Source: Mobula hypostoma
Taxonomy: Eukaryota
Length of the DNA stretch: 64,000 bases
Assembly: GCF_963921235.1 (NCBI RefSeq)
Contig: NC_086101.1
Span: 28,830,001-28,894,000, forward strand
Direction: 5' to 3'
The notes under the pieces: model-generated
Seen by the model: only the letters and a program-made list of their open reading frames with translations
What the model was told of the DNA's origin: nothing
The model's database searches: none
Position numbers and translations under genes: made by a program
Shown here: piece after piece, positions 39,226 through 52,700 of the stretch
Layout: every line of letters starts with the position of its first letter
Numbering within the stretch: the stretch's first letter is position 1

Positions 39226-42200
39226 TGGAGTTTAAAATAATGTGGAGTGATCTCATTAAAACCTACTGAATGTTGAAAGGACTTGTTGGGGTGGATGTGG
39301 AGAGGATGTTTCCAATGGTGGAATATCCAGAACTAGAGAGCACAGCCTCAAAATTGAGCGGTGGCCCTTCAGAACAGAGGTAAGGAGGAGTTTTTTTTTA
39401 GCCAGAGAGCATTAAATCTGTAGAATGCTCTGCCACAGACTGCCAAGTCTGTGCATATATTTAACGCTGAAGTTGGTCATTTCCTGATTGGTCAGATATG
39501 ACAAGAATGCAGGTGTATGGGGTTGAGTGGGATCTGGATTCAGCCATGATAGAATGCGGAAAGGACTTGACAGGCTGAATAGCCTAATTCTGCTCCTTTG
39601 TCTTATGGTCTGAAAGGTGCAAGAGGCAGTCTGTAGTGTTTCATTGCTGTTGTAGGGTTAGGATTGTGCAGGTTGGTTCAAGAACTGATGTCTGTAGGAA
39701 AGTAGCTGTTGCTGAACCTGATGTTGTGGGATGTCAGTTTTCTGTGCCTCCTGCCCGACAGTAGCAGCAAGAAGACTGCATGATGCGAATGGTGGGAATC
39801 CTTGATGGTAGATGCTGCCTTCCTGAGGCAGTACCTCCTGTAGATACTGCTAGTGTTGGAGTAGTATGTGCCCATGGTGGATCAGGCTGTGACCACCATT
39901 CTCTGCAGCTCTTGTATTCCTGTCTATTGTAGATTCTGTCCCAGGTTTTGATGCAGCTAGTCAGTAATGTCAAGATTTTAAAGAAAGTGATTCTCCTGCA
40001 GAGTCAGTACTGTCCTCCTGGGTCCGTTAACCACCCATTTACACTCATCTAATCTTATTCTTCCCTCATTCGCATCAACACCTTCCCAGATACCACCACT
40101 CACACACACCTCAGGGGTGATTTACAGCAGCCAATTAGCCCACCAATCCCCCCAACTCTGGGGTGTGTGAGGAAATCAGAGCAACCAGGGGAATCCTATG
40201 ATATCTTTCTCTGAGATGACAACACCAGGCAGTGCAGAACTGGGATATGCCCTTCAGCCCAAGATGTTGTGTCAAATTAATTAAACCGGTAACTAAATGC
40301 CTAACTAATCTAAACCCTTCTGCCAATGTCCATATCCTTCCATTCTCTGCAATTCATGAGCGTTTCTAAGTGTTTCGTAAGTACCTCTATTGTATTTGCC
40401 TCCACCACCAGCCCTCACAGCTGATTCCAGACACTGACCACTCTGTAAAATTAACATTGGCCTACAAATATCCTCTGAACTTATTCCCTTTCACTTGAAA
40501 TATATGCCCTCTACTGTTAGTTATTTTGACCCTGGGATGCTCTTGTAATCTTATAAACATCTATCAGATCTTCCCTCAGTCTCTGTCACTCCAGAGAACA
40601 ACTCCTCCTCCACATACACATCACCGAGGATCTCAAATGGTCTGAACATACCAGCTGTGTGGTGAAAAAGGCACAACAGCATCTCCTTCACCTCAGACGG
40701 TTGAAGAAGATTGGTATGGCCCCCCTCCAAATTCTAAGAACTTTCTACAGGGGCACGAATGAGAGCATCATGACTGGCTGTATCACTGCCTGGTACAGGA
40801 ACCGTACCTCCCTTAATCACAGGACTCGGCAGAGAGTGGTGACAACAGCCCTGCTCATCTGGAGATGTGATCATCCCACTATTCAGGATATTTACAAGGA
40901 CAGGTGTGTAAAAAGGGTCTGAAGGATCATTGGAGACCTGAGTCAACCCAGCCACAAACTGTTCCAGCTGCTGTAATCTGGGAAATGGTACCGTAGCATG
41001 AGAGCCAGGACCAACAGGCTCCAGGACTGCTTCTTCCATCAGAGTGCTTAGTTCATGCTGATGCAATTGTATTTCTATGTTATATTGACTATTCTGTTGT
41101 ACATAATATTTATTATAAATTACTACAATTCTACATTGCACACTTGAACGGAGACATAATGTAAAGATTTTTACTCCTCTTGTATATGAAGGATGTAAGT
41201 AATAAAGTCAATTCAACTCAATTCAGTTCAATTCTTATGTTCTCTAATCCAGGAAGCATTCTGGAAAATCTCTTCTGCACTTGGATACCTGGAACAGTCT
41301 TGTTACCATAAGACCATAAGATATAGGAGCAAAATTAGGCTATTTGGCCTAGCAAGTCTGCTCTGCCATTTCATCCAATTTTACTCTCAGCTCCAATCTG
41401 TTGCCTTCTCCCTGTATCCCTCCATATCCTGACCAGTCAAGAATCTCTCAACCTCTGCCGTAAATATACATAACGGCTTGACCTCCACTGCTGCTAAGTT
41501 GCCTGTGGCAAAGGATCCCACAGATTCACCATTCTCTGGCTAAAAAAAAATTCCTCCTCATCTCTGTTCTAAAAGGACACCCCTCTATTCTGAAACTGTG
41601 TCCTCTGGTCTTTGACTCTCCCACCATAGAAAACATCCTCTCCACATTCACTCTATAAAGGGCTTTCACAATTTGACAGGTTTCAAATAGGTCCCACCTC
41701 ATTCTTCGGCATTCTAGTGAACACAGGCCTAGAACCATCAAATGCTCTTTATGTGACAAACCTTTCAATCCAGGAATCATTTCCATGAACCTTCTTTGAA
41801 CCCTGTCCAGTTTCAGCACATCCTTCCTAAGGGGCCCAGAATTGCTCACAATACTCCACATGAGGCCTCACCAGTGCTTCATGAAATCTGAACATTACAC
41901 ATTTGCTTTTATATTCTAGTCCTCTTGAAGTGACTGCTAACTTTCAATCCCACTTGGGCTACATCACTCAGCTTCTTTCCTTTGACATTGATCACTGCAT
42001 TGGTGCTGCTCCGCACATTCAGACAGAACTGGAAATTATTATTTTCCTTGCTCCCAATTCTTAGCCTATTCTCCTCCTCATACAAGGCAATCTAAGTCTT
42101 TCCTACCCTCACTGCACTCACAAATGTCCTTTCAACCTACAGACTCCAACAACTATCTTTACTTTTCGTCCTCCCACTCTGCCTCTTGTGGGACTCCACT

Positions 42201-42320
42201 ACCTCTTTTCTGTGCTCTTTCTCTGTCACCTTTGCTGCGATGATGAGAATTTCTACACTGGTGCCCCGGAAATGTCTTCTGCTTCTCCTTGAACCTTGGC
42301 TTCCTCTCTATCATGGTGGA
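39226..42320. mobile_element. Mosaic of old CR1, Rex1, SINE-like and Penelope fragments
   Basis: CR1 3' ends (39226-39610 +, 41310-41940 -), Rex1 pieces (39615-39965 -, 40600-41230 +), degenerate PLE RT (~41950-42320 +). Boundaries are approximate. Confidence 0.6.
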
Positions 42321-42365
42321 CTTATGTTCCAGTATGTTTGCCTCTGACTTAGAAGCAACCCTATA

Positions 42366-42447
42366 GTGGGAGTTGGTGCTCCTGTTTCCCTGCTGCCCTT
42401 GACCTCCTTTGTGCTGGGGTTTGGGTCGTTCTGTTGGATTGGCTTCA
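42366..42447 (+). CDS. MHC class I-like gene, putative leader exon (5' boundary uncertain, no in-frame ATG)
   Basis: Open frame VGVGAPVSLLPLTSFVLGFGSFCWIGF ends at a strong phase-1 donor A|GTGAGT (42448), 250 bp upstream of the alpha1 acceptor. Confidence 0.6.
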
Positions 42448-42697
42448 GTGAGTATCTGCTTTGGATTTTGTAAATGGCCAGAGCAGTGAAGCAAGTTTTC
42501 ATAGTGTTGGTTGCTCGTGTTTGGGGAGCTAATAAAGGCGGGTGGGAGTGCTGCCTGATCCAGTAGGATGTCTGTTTGGATGTGTATTAATCCATTCAAG
42601 TGGCGAGTATGCCATCAAACTCCCAATTTGTGCCTTATAAATTGTGAGCATCCTTTGTTGTTTTGTGACACTTCTCTCTCTCTATTCTTTTACACAG

Positions 42698-42946
42698 GCT
42701 CACACAGCTTGATGTATTACTACTTCCAATCCATCAGCATTCCCGAAATGCCATCTTTCTTCGGGATTGGGATGCTCGATGACTTGCAGATAGACTACTA
42801 CGACAACACACTCCATGAAGTAGAAGTCAAGTACCAGTGGATCGCAGATGGCTTATCGACCGACTACCGGAAAGAACAGAAAGAAATAGCCGATCAGCTT
42901 CATGAGCTCCTCTCGACATATCTGAAGCCACTCACCTCATTGATTA
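42698..42946 (+). CDS. MHC class I-like alpha1 domain exon
   Basis: Pyrimidine tract plus CAG acceptor, GTGAGT donor, 249 nt, phase 1-1. SHSLMYYYFQSISIPEMPSFFGIGMLDDLQIDYYDN...QWIADGLSTDY matches the class I alpha1 pattern (GSHSLxY, GxxDD, W, DY). Confidence 0.93.
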
Positions 42947-44337
42947 GTGAGTGTCTTTGATCTCCACTACCCTTTGAGTATCACAGTGACTTGCATATTG
43001 CAACATCTTGATGTTCTATTAGATCCGATTATGTTGTATCTAGTTTAAAGTCTTTCAAATCTCTCAAATCTCCATTCTGCTCTCTACCTTCCTTAACTCC
43101 AATTACAAGAATTCCATCCTAATCATCTGGGTAAGTTCTGACCCTTCAAAATAAACTGATTATCCAGTCCTCATTCCCCACGGACCTCTTCAGAGAAACA
43201 GTGAAAATCAAACCCACTGTCTATACAGGCTTTGTCTGGCTCAAACCCTAATCCTAAGCCTGCTCCCCAACTCCAGACTTGGGGATGCTTCAGTCCAGGA
43301 TGGTTGGAACTAAGTCGTCTATGGTTCTTATCTAGTCACCTGCCACAATGACGCTTTCCAGATCGAATTCGGTGCGGGGACTCCGTGCATTAGAACATAG
43401 AATGCTACAACACAGGAACAGGCCCTTTGGCCCAAAATGTTCTGCTGAACTAATTATATTAATAATCAAATGCCAAACTAATCTCATCCTTTCTGCCTAC
43501 ACAATTTCCATGTCCTGCTCGCCTAAGCTTCTTGAACACCCTCTTTGTATCTGCTACTACCACAACCCCTGGAAGCACAACTTAGGAACACGCCATTCTG
43601 TAATAGTCTTACCCTGCACATCTCCATTGAACATACCCCCTTTTCCATCCCCTCTTGTATTAGACATTTCAACTGAGAGAAAAATAATACCAGCTGTCAA
43701 CTTTAAAACAGAGAAAACAGCCCAAATTGGTCAAATCTCTTGTTATAGCACATGCCATCCAATCCAGGCAGCATCTGGTAAGCATCTTCTGCACCTACTC
43801 CAAAGCCTCACCGTCACAGAGTGACCAGAACTGCTGTGTTGCACACTCTGTGCTTATTGACACTGAATACAAACATGTTGCTTTCACAATTCTCCGCCGT
43901 AACTCTCTGCAGTGGACGTGGTTCAGCGCAGACTGTACAGCGCAGTCTCTCACTGTGAGCCCCTGCTCTGACCCACATGTTGACAGAGTCCTTCAATGTG
44001 CCCCCTGCTTTGTATGTACAGTACTGTGCACTGCACAGTGTTTCAACGTGATCTCTGTACTGTGCACTCTGCATAAGTTCAAGCTCGAGTTTATTTCTGA
44101 TCGTAGGCTGACATACACAGGGCACAAATGCCATAAAATTACTGTTTTGCAGCAGCATCATGGTATATTACAGGACATATTAGCATGGAGTCAATTTTAA
44201 ATAAATATGTATAACCTGCACATGTGCAAAGGCATACAACAAAATAAATGTAACAATATTTGTGCAAGATTAAGAGAGAGAAGAATATAATCTAGGGTCT
44301 CGTTAAGGCTTTTCTAGTTGGTTAAGGAATCCGAACT

Positions 44338-46320
44338 AACATAGAAACATAGAAACATAGAAAATAGGTGCAGGAGTAGGCCATTCGGCCCTTCGAGCCT
44401 GCACCGCCATTCAGTATGATCATGGCTGATCATCCAACTCAGAACCCTGTACCAGCCTTCCCCCCATACCCCCTGATCCCTTTAGCCACAAAGCCATATC
44501 TAACTCCCTGTTAAGTATAGCCAATGAACTGGCCTCAACTGTTTCCTGTGGTAGAGAATTCCACAGATTCACCACTCTCTGTGTTTTGCCTAATCTCGGT
44601 CCTAAAAGGCTTCCCTTTATCCTTAAACTGTGACCCCTCGTTCTGGACTTCCCCAACATCGGGAACAATCTTCCTGCATCTAGCCTGTCCAATCCCTTTA
44701 GTATTTTATATGTTTCAATAAGATCCCCCCTCAATCTTCTAAATTCCAATGAGTATAAGCCTAGTCGATCCAGTCTTTCATCATATGAAAGTCCTGCCAT
44801 CCCAGGAATCAATCTGGTGAACCTTCTTTCTACTCCCTCTATGGCAAGGATGTCTTTCCTCAGATTAGGGGACCAAAACTGCACACAATACTACAGGTGT
44901 GGTCTCACCGAGGCCTTGTACAACTGCAGTAGTACCTCCCTGCTCCTGTACTCGAATCCTTTTGCTGTGAATGCCAGCATACCATTCGCCTTTTTCACTG
45001 CCTGCTGTACCTGCATGCCCACTTTCAATGACTGGTGTATAATGACACCCAGGTCTCATTGCACCTCCCCTTTTCCTAATCGGCCACCATTCAGATAATA
45101 ATCTGTTTTCCTGTTTTTGCCACCAAAGTGGATAACCTCACATTTATCCACATTAAATTGCATCTGCCATGAATTTTCCCACTCACCTAACCTATCCAAG
45201 TCACCCTGCATCCTCTTAGCATCCTCCTCACAGCTAACACTGCCACCCAGCTTTGTGTCATCCACAAACTTGGAGATGCTGCATTTAATTCCCTCATCTA
45301 AGTCATTAATATATATATTGTAAACAACTGGGGTCCCAGCACTGAGCCTTGCGGTACCCCACTAGTCACTGCCTGCCATTCTGAAAAGGCCCCGTTTATT
45401 CCTGCTCTTTGCTTCCTGTCTGCCAACCAACTCTATCCACATCAATACCTTACTCCCAATACCATGAGCTTTAAGTTTGCACACTAATCTCCTGTGTGGG
45501 ACCTTGTCAAAAGCCTTTTGAATATCCAAATATACCACATCCACTGGTTCTCCCCTATCCACTCTACTAGTTACATCCTCAAAAAATTCTATGAGATTCG
45601 TCAGACATGATTTTCCTTTCACAAATCCATGCTGACTTTGTCCGATAATTTCACCGCTTTCCAAATGTGCTGTTATCACATCTTTGATAACTGACTCTAG
45701 CATTTTCCCCACCACCGATGTCAGGCTAACCGGTCTATTATTCCACGGTTTCTCTCTCCCTCCTTTTTTAAAAAGTGGGGTTACATTAGCCACCCTCCAA
45801 TCCTCAGGAACTAGTCCAGAATCTAAAGAGTTTTGAAAAATTATCGCTAATGCATCCACTATTACTTGTGCAACTTCCTTAAGCACTCTGGGATGCAGAC
45901 CATCTGGCCCTGAGGATTTATCGGCCTTTAATCCCTTCAATTAACCGAACACCACTTCCCTACTAACATGCATTTCCCTCAGTTCCTCCATCTCACTGGA
46001 CCCTCTGTCCCCTACTATTTCCGGAAGATTATTTATGTCCTCCTTAGTGAAGACAGAACCAAAGTAGTTATTCAATTGGTCTGCCACGTCCTTGCTCCCC
46101 ATAATCAATTCACCTGTTTCTGTCTGTAGGGGACCTACATTTCTCTTAACCAATCTTTTTCTTTTCACATATCTATAAAAGCTTTTTCAGTTAGTTTTTA
46201 TGTTCCCTGCCAGTTTTCTCTCATAATCTTTTTTCCCCTTCCTAATTAAGCCCTTTGTCCTCCTCTGCTGGACTCTGAATTTCTCCCAGTCCTCAGCTGA
46301 GCCACTTTTTCTGGCTAATT
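44338..46320 (-). mobile_element. Intronic CR1 LINE (RT to 3' tail)
   Basis: ORFs 44420..44884, 45056..45265, 45362..45940 and 45941..46168; (CATAGAAA) tail. Confidence 0.93.
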
Positions 46321-46789
46321 AAGATGTCCTCAATGATGGGGAGAGCTGTGCCTGTGATGGGCCTGGTTGAGTCCAGCACCCCCGCAGCTTTTTGGCTTTC
46401 AGGGCTTTGGAGTTTACCTACCGGCTGTCATGTAACCAATCCGGATGCTTTTCACTGTACGTTTGAAAACATTACCATTCATTAATGACAAATTGAATCT
46501 CTTTAAACTTTCCCCTCCCACCCTGCCATTTGAACAGTTGCTCACATTGATTACTGATTCCACGAGACCCTGTGATCTGTGCCACAACTGACAAATGTTC
46601 TATATAGTACACTTCACCCCATGCTCTCGGCCTAAACTGTACACAGTCGCTGACCGTGACCCACTACTTGGTGCACCTCTTAGTCACATAGCATTTACGT
46701 ATTTAGCAGACCATTAGCTAGATGGATATCAGATTTAAGTATTGGAAGCTTCAGCCATTAATGTTAATTAATCTGTTGCTACTTTACAG

Positions 46790-47050
46790 ACCTCAGCTAC
46801 ATACAGGCACTCTGGGGCTGCACGCAATCTGGAAATATGGCCAATGAGATTCTAAAAATCAACGTCCCGGAAATCGGAGAGTTCAGCTGTGATTTGAACA
46901 CATTGAAATGCTCTGGTGCTCTTTTCCCAGCAATGCTCAATGATCAATTGAGCCAACTCAGTTTCACTGACATGTCTGCATTGAAGACGAACTGCATTCA
47001 GTACTTGCAATGGGCTGTTCAGCTTGGAAGAGAAGCATTGGAAAGGCAAG
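46790..47050 (+). CDS. MHC class I-like alpha2 domain exon (GC donor)
   Basis: TTTACAG acceptor, AG|GCAAGT donor, 261 nt, phase 1-1. YIQALWGC...LKTNCIQYLQWAVQLGREALERQ matches the alpha2 pattern (Q..YGC; C..WL..YL..G...L.R). Confidence 0.9.
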
Positions 47051-48295
47051 GCAAGTGGAACATCCTGCGATGGAGAGGGAACTCCCAATTCAGCAACATA
47101 AGGGATACCTCAGTCTGAGACGATTATGGGGCTCTGAGACCGAGATGGTGTGGGCTGTCATGAATCAGGATACTGAACGATTTGATGATCTAACAAATTG
47201 ATGGTGTTCCCAATCTGGGACAGAGAGGGATCTCCAGATCTGGACAGTAAGGAAGCTTCCAATCAGAGATGCAGAGGGATCTCCTCATATGGAAATGAGA
47301 AGGAGCTCCGAAAACAAAATGGTTAGGGGGTTTCCCAACCTGCAGTAATGAGGGATCTCCTAATTTGAAACAGTGAGTTGGTTGGAGTGTATGGGCTACA
47401 GGCCTGGAGGTGGACAGTGAGCCCACGATTGGCTCCATTGGTTCTCTCTGACTGAGGCGTTGAGCAAGGTTGAAGTGGACGAGGCCAAGTGCGGAGGCCA
47501 GGCTGGTGTTTGGCGCCATCTGCTGTGTTTGGCTGGTATTCCTCTCCCTTTTACTAGCTGCTGTTGGAGGAAAGTGCAGGAGGCTTGGGTTCCACATTGC
47601 AGGGATTGATCGGTGAGGCTCGTGGTTGTGACTCTTTTTGGGGGACTTTAGGGTTCGTGTATTTCTGGATTCTGGTTACCCTTTGTTTCCTGTTTCTAAG
47701 TGGTTTGATCAGGGTGCATCAGTGCGCACTGGGCGCTTCAGCGAAGACTGAATCTGCGGCCTGCATTTGGCTAGTGGCAAGGCACTGAACTAAACTGCGT
47801 ACATCTAGACTTGATAAAACCGTAAGATATAGAAGCAGAATGGGGCCATTTGGCCCATCGAGTCTGCTCCACCATTTCATCTGGTCCATTATCCCTCACA
47901 GCTCCAATGTCCTGCCTTCTCCCCGTATCGCTTCATGTCGTGACTATAAAGAATCTATCAATCTCTGCTTTAAATATAGTAAAGATGTGGCCTCCACAGC
48001 TGCCAAGTTGACTGTAGCAATGAATTCCACAGATGTACTGCTCTCTGGGTAAAGAAATACTTCCTGATCTCCATTTTAAAAGGATGCCCCTCTACCTGGA
48101 GTGTCACAAAAATTTACTATTGCTGATTAAACAAGGACACAGACTCCAGTATTCAGTTTAATTACTTAATTACATGACCATGGAGAGCCCTCTAAAAGAC
48201 TCTGCTAAAGTGAGCACAAGCATGGTCTTTTACACCTTAAAATACATGCAATTCAGCAGTTTTCAGGAGTCAGGAGTTCCTGCGTAGACCATATT

Positions 48296-49720
48296 ACCAT
48301 AGAAACCATAGAAACTACAGCACAGAAACAGGCCTTTTGGCCCTTCTTGGCTGTGCCGAACCATTTTCTGCCTAGTCCCACTGACCTGCACACGGACCAT
48401 ATCCCTCCATACACCTCCCATCCATGTATCTGTCCAATTTATTCTTAAATGTTAAAAAAGAACCCGCATTTACCACCTCGTCTGGCAGCTCATTCCACAC
48501 TCCCACCACTCTCTGTGTGACGAAGCCCCCACTAATGTTCCCTTTAAACTTTTTCCCCCTCACCCATAACCCATGTCCTCTGGTTTTTTTCTCCCCTTGC
48601 CTCAGTGGAAAAAGCCTGCTTGCATTCACTCTATCTATACCCATCATAATTTTATATACCTCTATCAAATCTCCCCTCACTCTTCTACGCTCCAGGGAAT
48701 AAAGTCCTAACCTATTCAACCTTTCTCTGTAACTGAGTTTCTCAAGTCCCGGCAACATCCTTGTAAACCTTCTCTGCACTCTTTCAACCTTATTTATATC
48801 CTTCCTGTAATTTGGTGACCAAAACTGAACACAATACTCCAGATTCGGCCTCACCAATGCCTTATACAACCTCATCATAACATTCCAGCCTTATACTCAA
48901 TACTTTGATTAATAAAGGCCAATGTACCAAAAGCTCTCTTTACAACCCTATCTACCTGTGATGCACTTATAGGGAATTTTCTATCTGTTTTCCCAGATCT
49001 CTCTGTTCTACTGCACTCCTCAGTGCCTTAACATTAACCCTGTATGTTCTACCTTGGTTTGTCCTTCCAACGTGCAATACCTCACACTTGTCAGTATTAA
49101 ACTCCATCTGCCATTTCTCAGCCCATTTTTCCAGCTGGTCTAAGTCCCTCTGCAGGCTCTGAAAACCTTCCTCACTGTCTACTACACCTCCAATCTTTGT
49201 ATCATCAGCAAATTTGCTGATCCAATTTACCACATTATCATCCAGATAATTGATATAGATGACAAGTAACAATGGACCCAGCACTGATCCCTGTAGCACA
49301 TCACTAGTCACAGGCCTCCACTCGGAGAAGCAATTCTCTTCTACCACTCTTTGGCTTCTTCCATTGAGCCAATGTCTAATCCAATTTACCAGGTCTCCAT
49401 GTATACCTAGCGACTGAATTTTCCTAACTAACCTCCCATGCGGGACCTTGTCAAAGGCCTTACTGAAGTCCATGTAGACAATATCCACTGCCTTCCCTTC
49501 ATCCACTTTCCTGGTAACCTCCTCGAAAAACTCCAATAGATTGGTCAAACATGACCTACCATGCACAAAGCCATGTTGACTCTCCCTAATAAGTCCCTGT
49601 CTATCCAAATGCTTGTAGATTCTGTCTCTTAGTACTCCCTCCAATAACTTACCCACTACGGACGTTAAACTTACTGGCCTATAATTTCCCGGATTACTTT
49701 TCGTTCCTTTGACAAGGCTC
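48296..49720 (-). mobile_element. Intronic CR1 RT/3' fragment, same subfamily as 12321-15146
   Basis: ORFs 48372..48878 and 48967..49722 are near-identical in protein to 14365..15072 and 13470..14358. Confidence 0.93.
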
Positions 49721-49779
49721 AAGATGCTTCCATACCTTACGAAAACTTAGATACACTACACTCAGTCCTCTCTTCCAGA

Positions 49780-52700
49780 TCATTAATGTATGTCATGAAC
49801 AGTTGCAGCCCCAGCACAGACCCCAATGGCACACCACTCACCACTGACTGCCAACCAGAGAAGCACCCAGGTATCCCAACTCTCTTCTTTCTATTAGTCA
49901 ACCAATCCTCTATCCATGCTAATGCATTAGCCCCAACTCTATTGTTCTATTTTGGTAAACTATCACCAAAGCCTGTACTATAACTTCTGCCATTTCGTCC
50001 TCCCATTGCGTCCATAACATCTGTACTTTGGCATGTTAGACGTGCCCTCCACCTCCACTGTGAAGACTGACACAACATAGATCTAAAGCCTCTGCCATTT
50101 CCTCATTACCCAATATTAATTCCCCTTCTCGTCTTCCAAGGGACTGATGTTCACTTAAGCCACCCTTTTCTGCTTTATATAATTATAACAACTTTTATGA
50201 TCTGCTTTTATATTTTGTGCTAGTTTATTTTCATAGTCTATCTTCCCTTCCTTCACTGCTCGCTTAGTGGTTCTATGTTGCTTTTTAAAGTTCTCTCAAT
50301 CTTGCATTTTCCCACTACTCTTGGCAAATATATACAAACGAGCTTTTAGTTTGATGCTTTCTTTCATTTCCCACCCTTGCTTACTTACTTGCTCCCCACT
50401 TTTAACTGGAATATACTTCTGTTGAACACCGTGAAAAATCTCTTTTAAAGTCTTCCACTGTTCCTCAACCGTCCCACCATATGGTCTGTGTTCCCAGTCG
50501 ACACAAGCCAAATCCTCCCTCATCCCATTGTAGTCTCCACTGTTTAGGCATACAGTAATACAGTAGTTTTCTATGGAACTATTGCGCCCTCCATTTGTAT
50601 GAGAAACTCAATCACACTGTGATCACTCTTTCCAAGAGGATCCCTAACTACAAGATCACTAATTTTACCTGATCATTGCACAGGACCAGAGCTAAGACAG
50701 CACATTTACTTGTAGGTTTAGTGACATGTTGTTCAAGAAAGCCATCATGGATGTATTCAATGAAATCCTCCTTAAGACTGCCTTCATCAACTTGATTCAC
50801 CCAATCTATACCCAAGTTAAAGTCCCCCACGATAACTGCTGTTCCATTCTTACATGCCACAGATATTTGTCTGTTGATTGCCTGTGCCACGGTAATATTA
50901 TAATTCGGTGGTCGATAGAAAACTTCCACCAGTGATTATTTCCCTTTTCTATTCCTAATCTCTGCCCAGATGGATTCAAAATTCTGCTCATTAGATCTTA
51001 TATCGTCTTTCATGATCACCCTGGTCTCATCCTTAACTAAGACCGCTAACCCACCTCCCTTACATTCCTGTCTATCCTTCCATATTACCTGATATCCTTG
51101 GATATTCACTTCCCAATCCTCTCCACCCTGCAACCACAATTCTGTAATGCCCATGAAATCATACACCTTTGTAGTGATTTGTGCCAAAAGTTCACTGACC
51201 TTATTTTGAATACTACAGGCATACAGATAAAGTGCCCTTACACTCATTGTGCTTTTAAAACCTTGTAATCTTTTTCTCTTTTGCACTTGTCTTTTCTTTA
51301 CTCCACCCTTACTTTTCTCTTTTTTATCTTTTGATTTTTCATTATCTTCATCCACAGTTTTTTCTTTTACTTTACCTATACATTTCTGATCTGTTGAACC
51401 CATTTCCCCTACTAAACCAACCCCCTACAATTTAGTTTAAAGCCCTATGCACAGCCCTTGTTATGTGATTCACGAGCAGCCAGGTCCCATCACAGTTCAG
51501 CTGGAGCCTGTCCCATTGGTACAGCTCCCTCCTTCCCCAATACTGGTGCCAATTTCCTGCGAAATCAAACCTACTCCACCCACACCAATCCTTCAGCCAC
51601 GCATATAACACTCTAATCTTCCAAACCCCATGCCAATTTGCTCGTGGCTCAGTAGTAATCCAGAGATTACCACCTTTTCTGTTCTGCTTTTTAATTTAGT
51701 CCCTAGTTGCTCAAATTCCCTCAGTAGAAGGGAAGTTGCTGTTTGCTGTTGTGTGCTGGGGCAGTAGGCTGAGGGTGGCAGACACCAACAGGATCAACAA
51801 ACTCATTCGTAAGACCAGTGATGTTGTGGGGATGGAACTGGACTCTCTCACAGTGGTGTCTGAAAAGAGGATGCTGTCTAAGTTGCATGCCATCTTGGTC
51901 AATGTCTCCCATCCACTACAGAATGTACTGGTTGGGCACAGGAGTACATTCAGCCAGAGACTCATTCCTCTAAGATGCAGCACAGAGCGTTATAGGAAGT
52001 CATTCCTACCTGTGGCCATCAAACTTTACAACTCCTCCCTTGGAGGGTCAGACACCGTGAGGCGAGAGGCTGGTCCTGGACTTATTTCATAATTTACATA
52101 TTACTATTTAACTATTTATTACTATTTTCTATTACTATTCTATTACTATTTATTATTTCTATGACTATTACTATTTACTATTTACTAATAGTAATATTAC
52201 TATTACTATTTCTATTACTATTTATTATTTATGGTGCAACTGTAATGAAAACCAATTTCCCCCAGGATCAATAAAGTATGACTATGACTATGACTATGAC
52301 TAGAACCTCTTTCCTTGTTCTACCCATGCCACACCTTGTCAAAGGCCTTCTGAAAATCCAAGTACACAACATCCACTGATTCTCCTTTGTCTATCCGGCT
52401 TGTTATTTTATTAAAGAATTCCAACAGATCTTCCGTTGAAGAAACTATGCCGACTACATCCTATTTTATCATGTGCCTTCAAGTACCCCAAAGTCCCACA
52501 TTGAACAATCAACTCCAAACAACTGAGGTCAGACGAACTGGTCTGTAGTTTCCTTTCTTCTGTGTCTCTCTCTGCTTGAAGACTGGAGAGATATTTGCAA
52601 TATTCCAATATTCCAGAACCATTCCAGAATCTAAAGATTCTTGAAAGATCATTACTAATGCCTCCATAATCTATTCAGCCACCTCTTGCAGAATCCTAGC

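Noticed and set aside
42474-42565. Signal-like peptide MARAVKQVFIVLVARVWGA
   Set aside because: It lies inside predicted intron 1, has no good phase-1 GT donor, and runs into a stop.
52080-52230. AT-rich (TATTAC)-like low-complexity tract
   Set aside because: It is a degenerate microsatellite within a Rex1 3' UTR.
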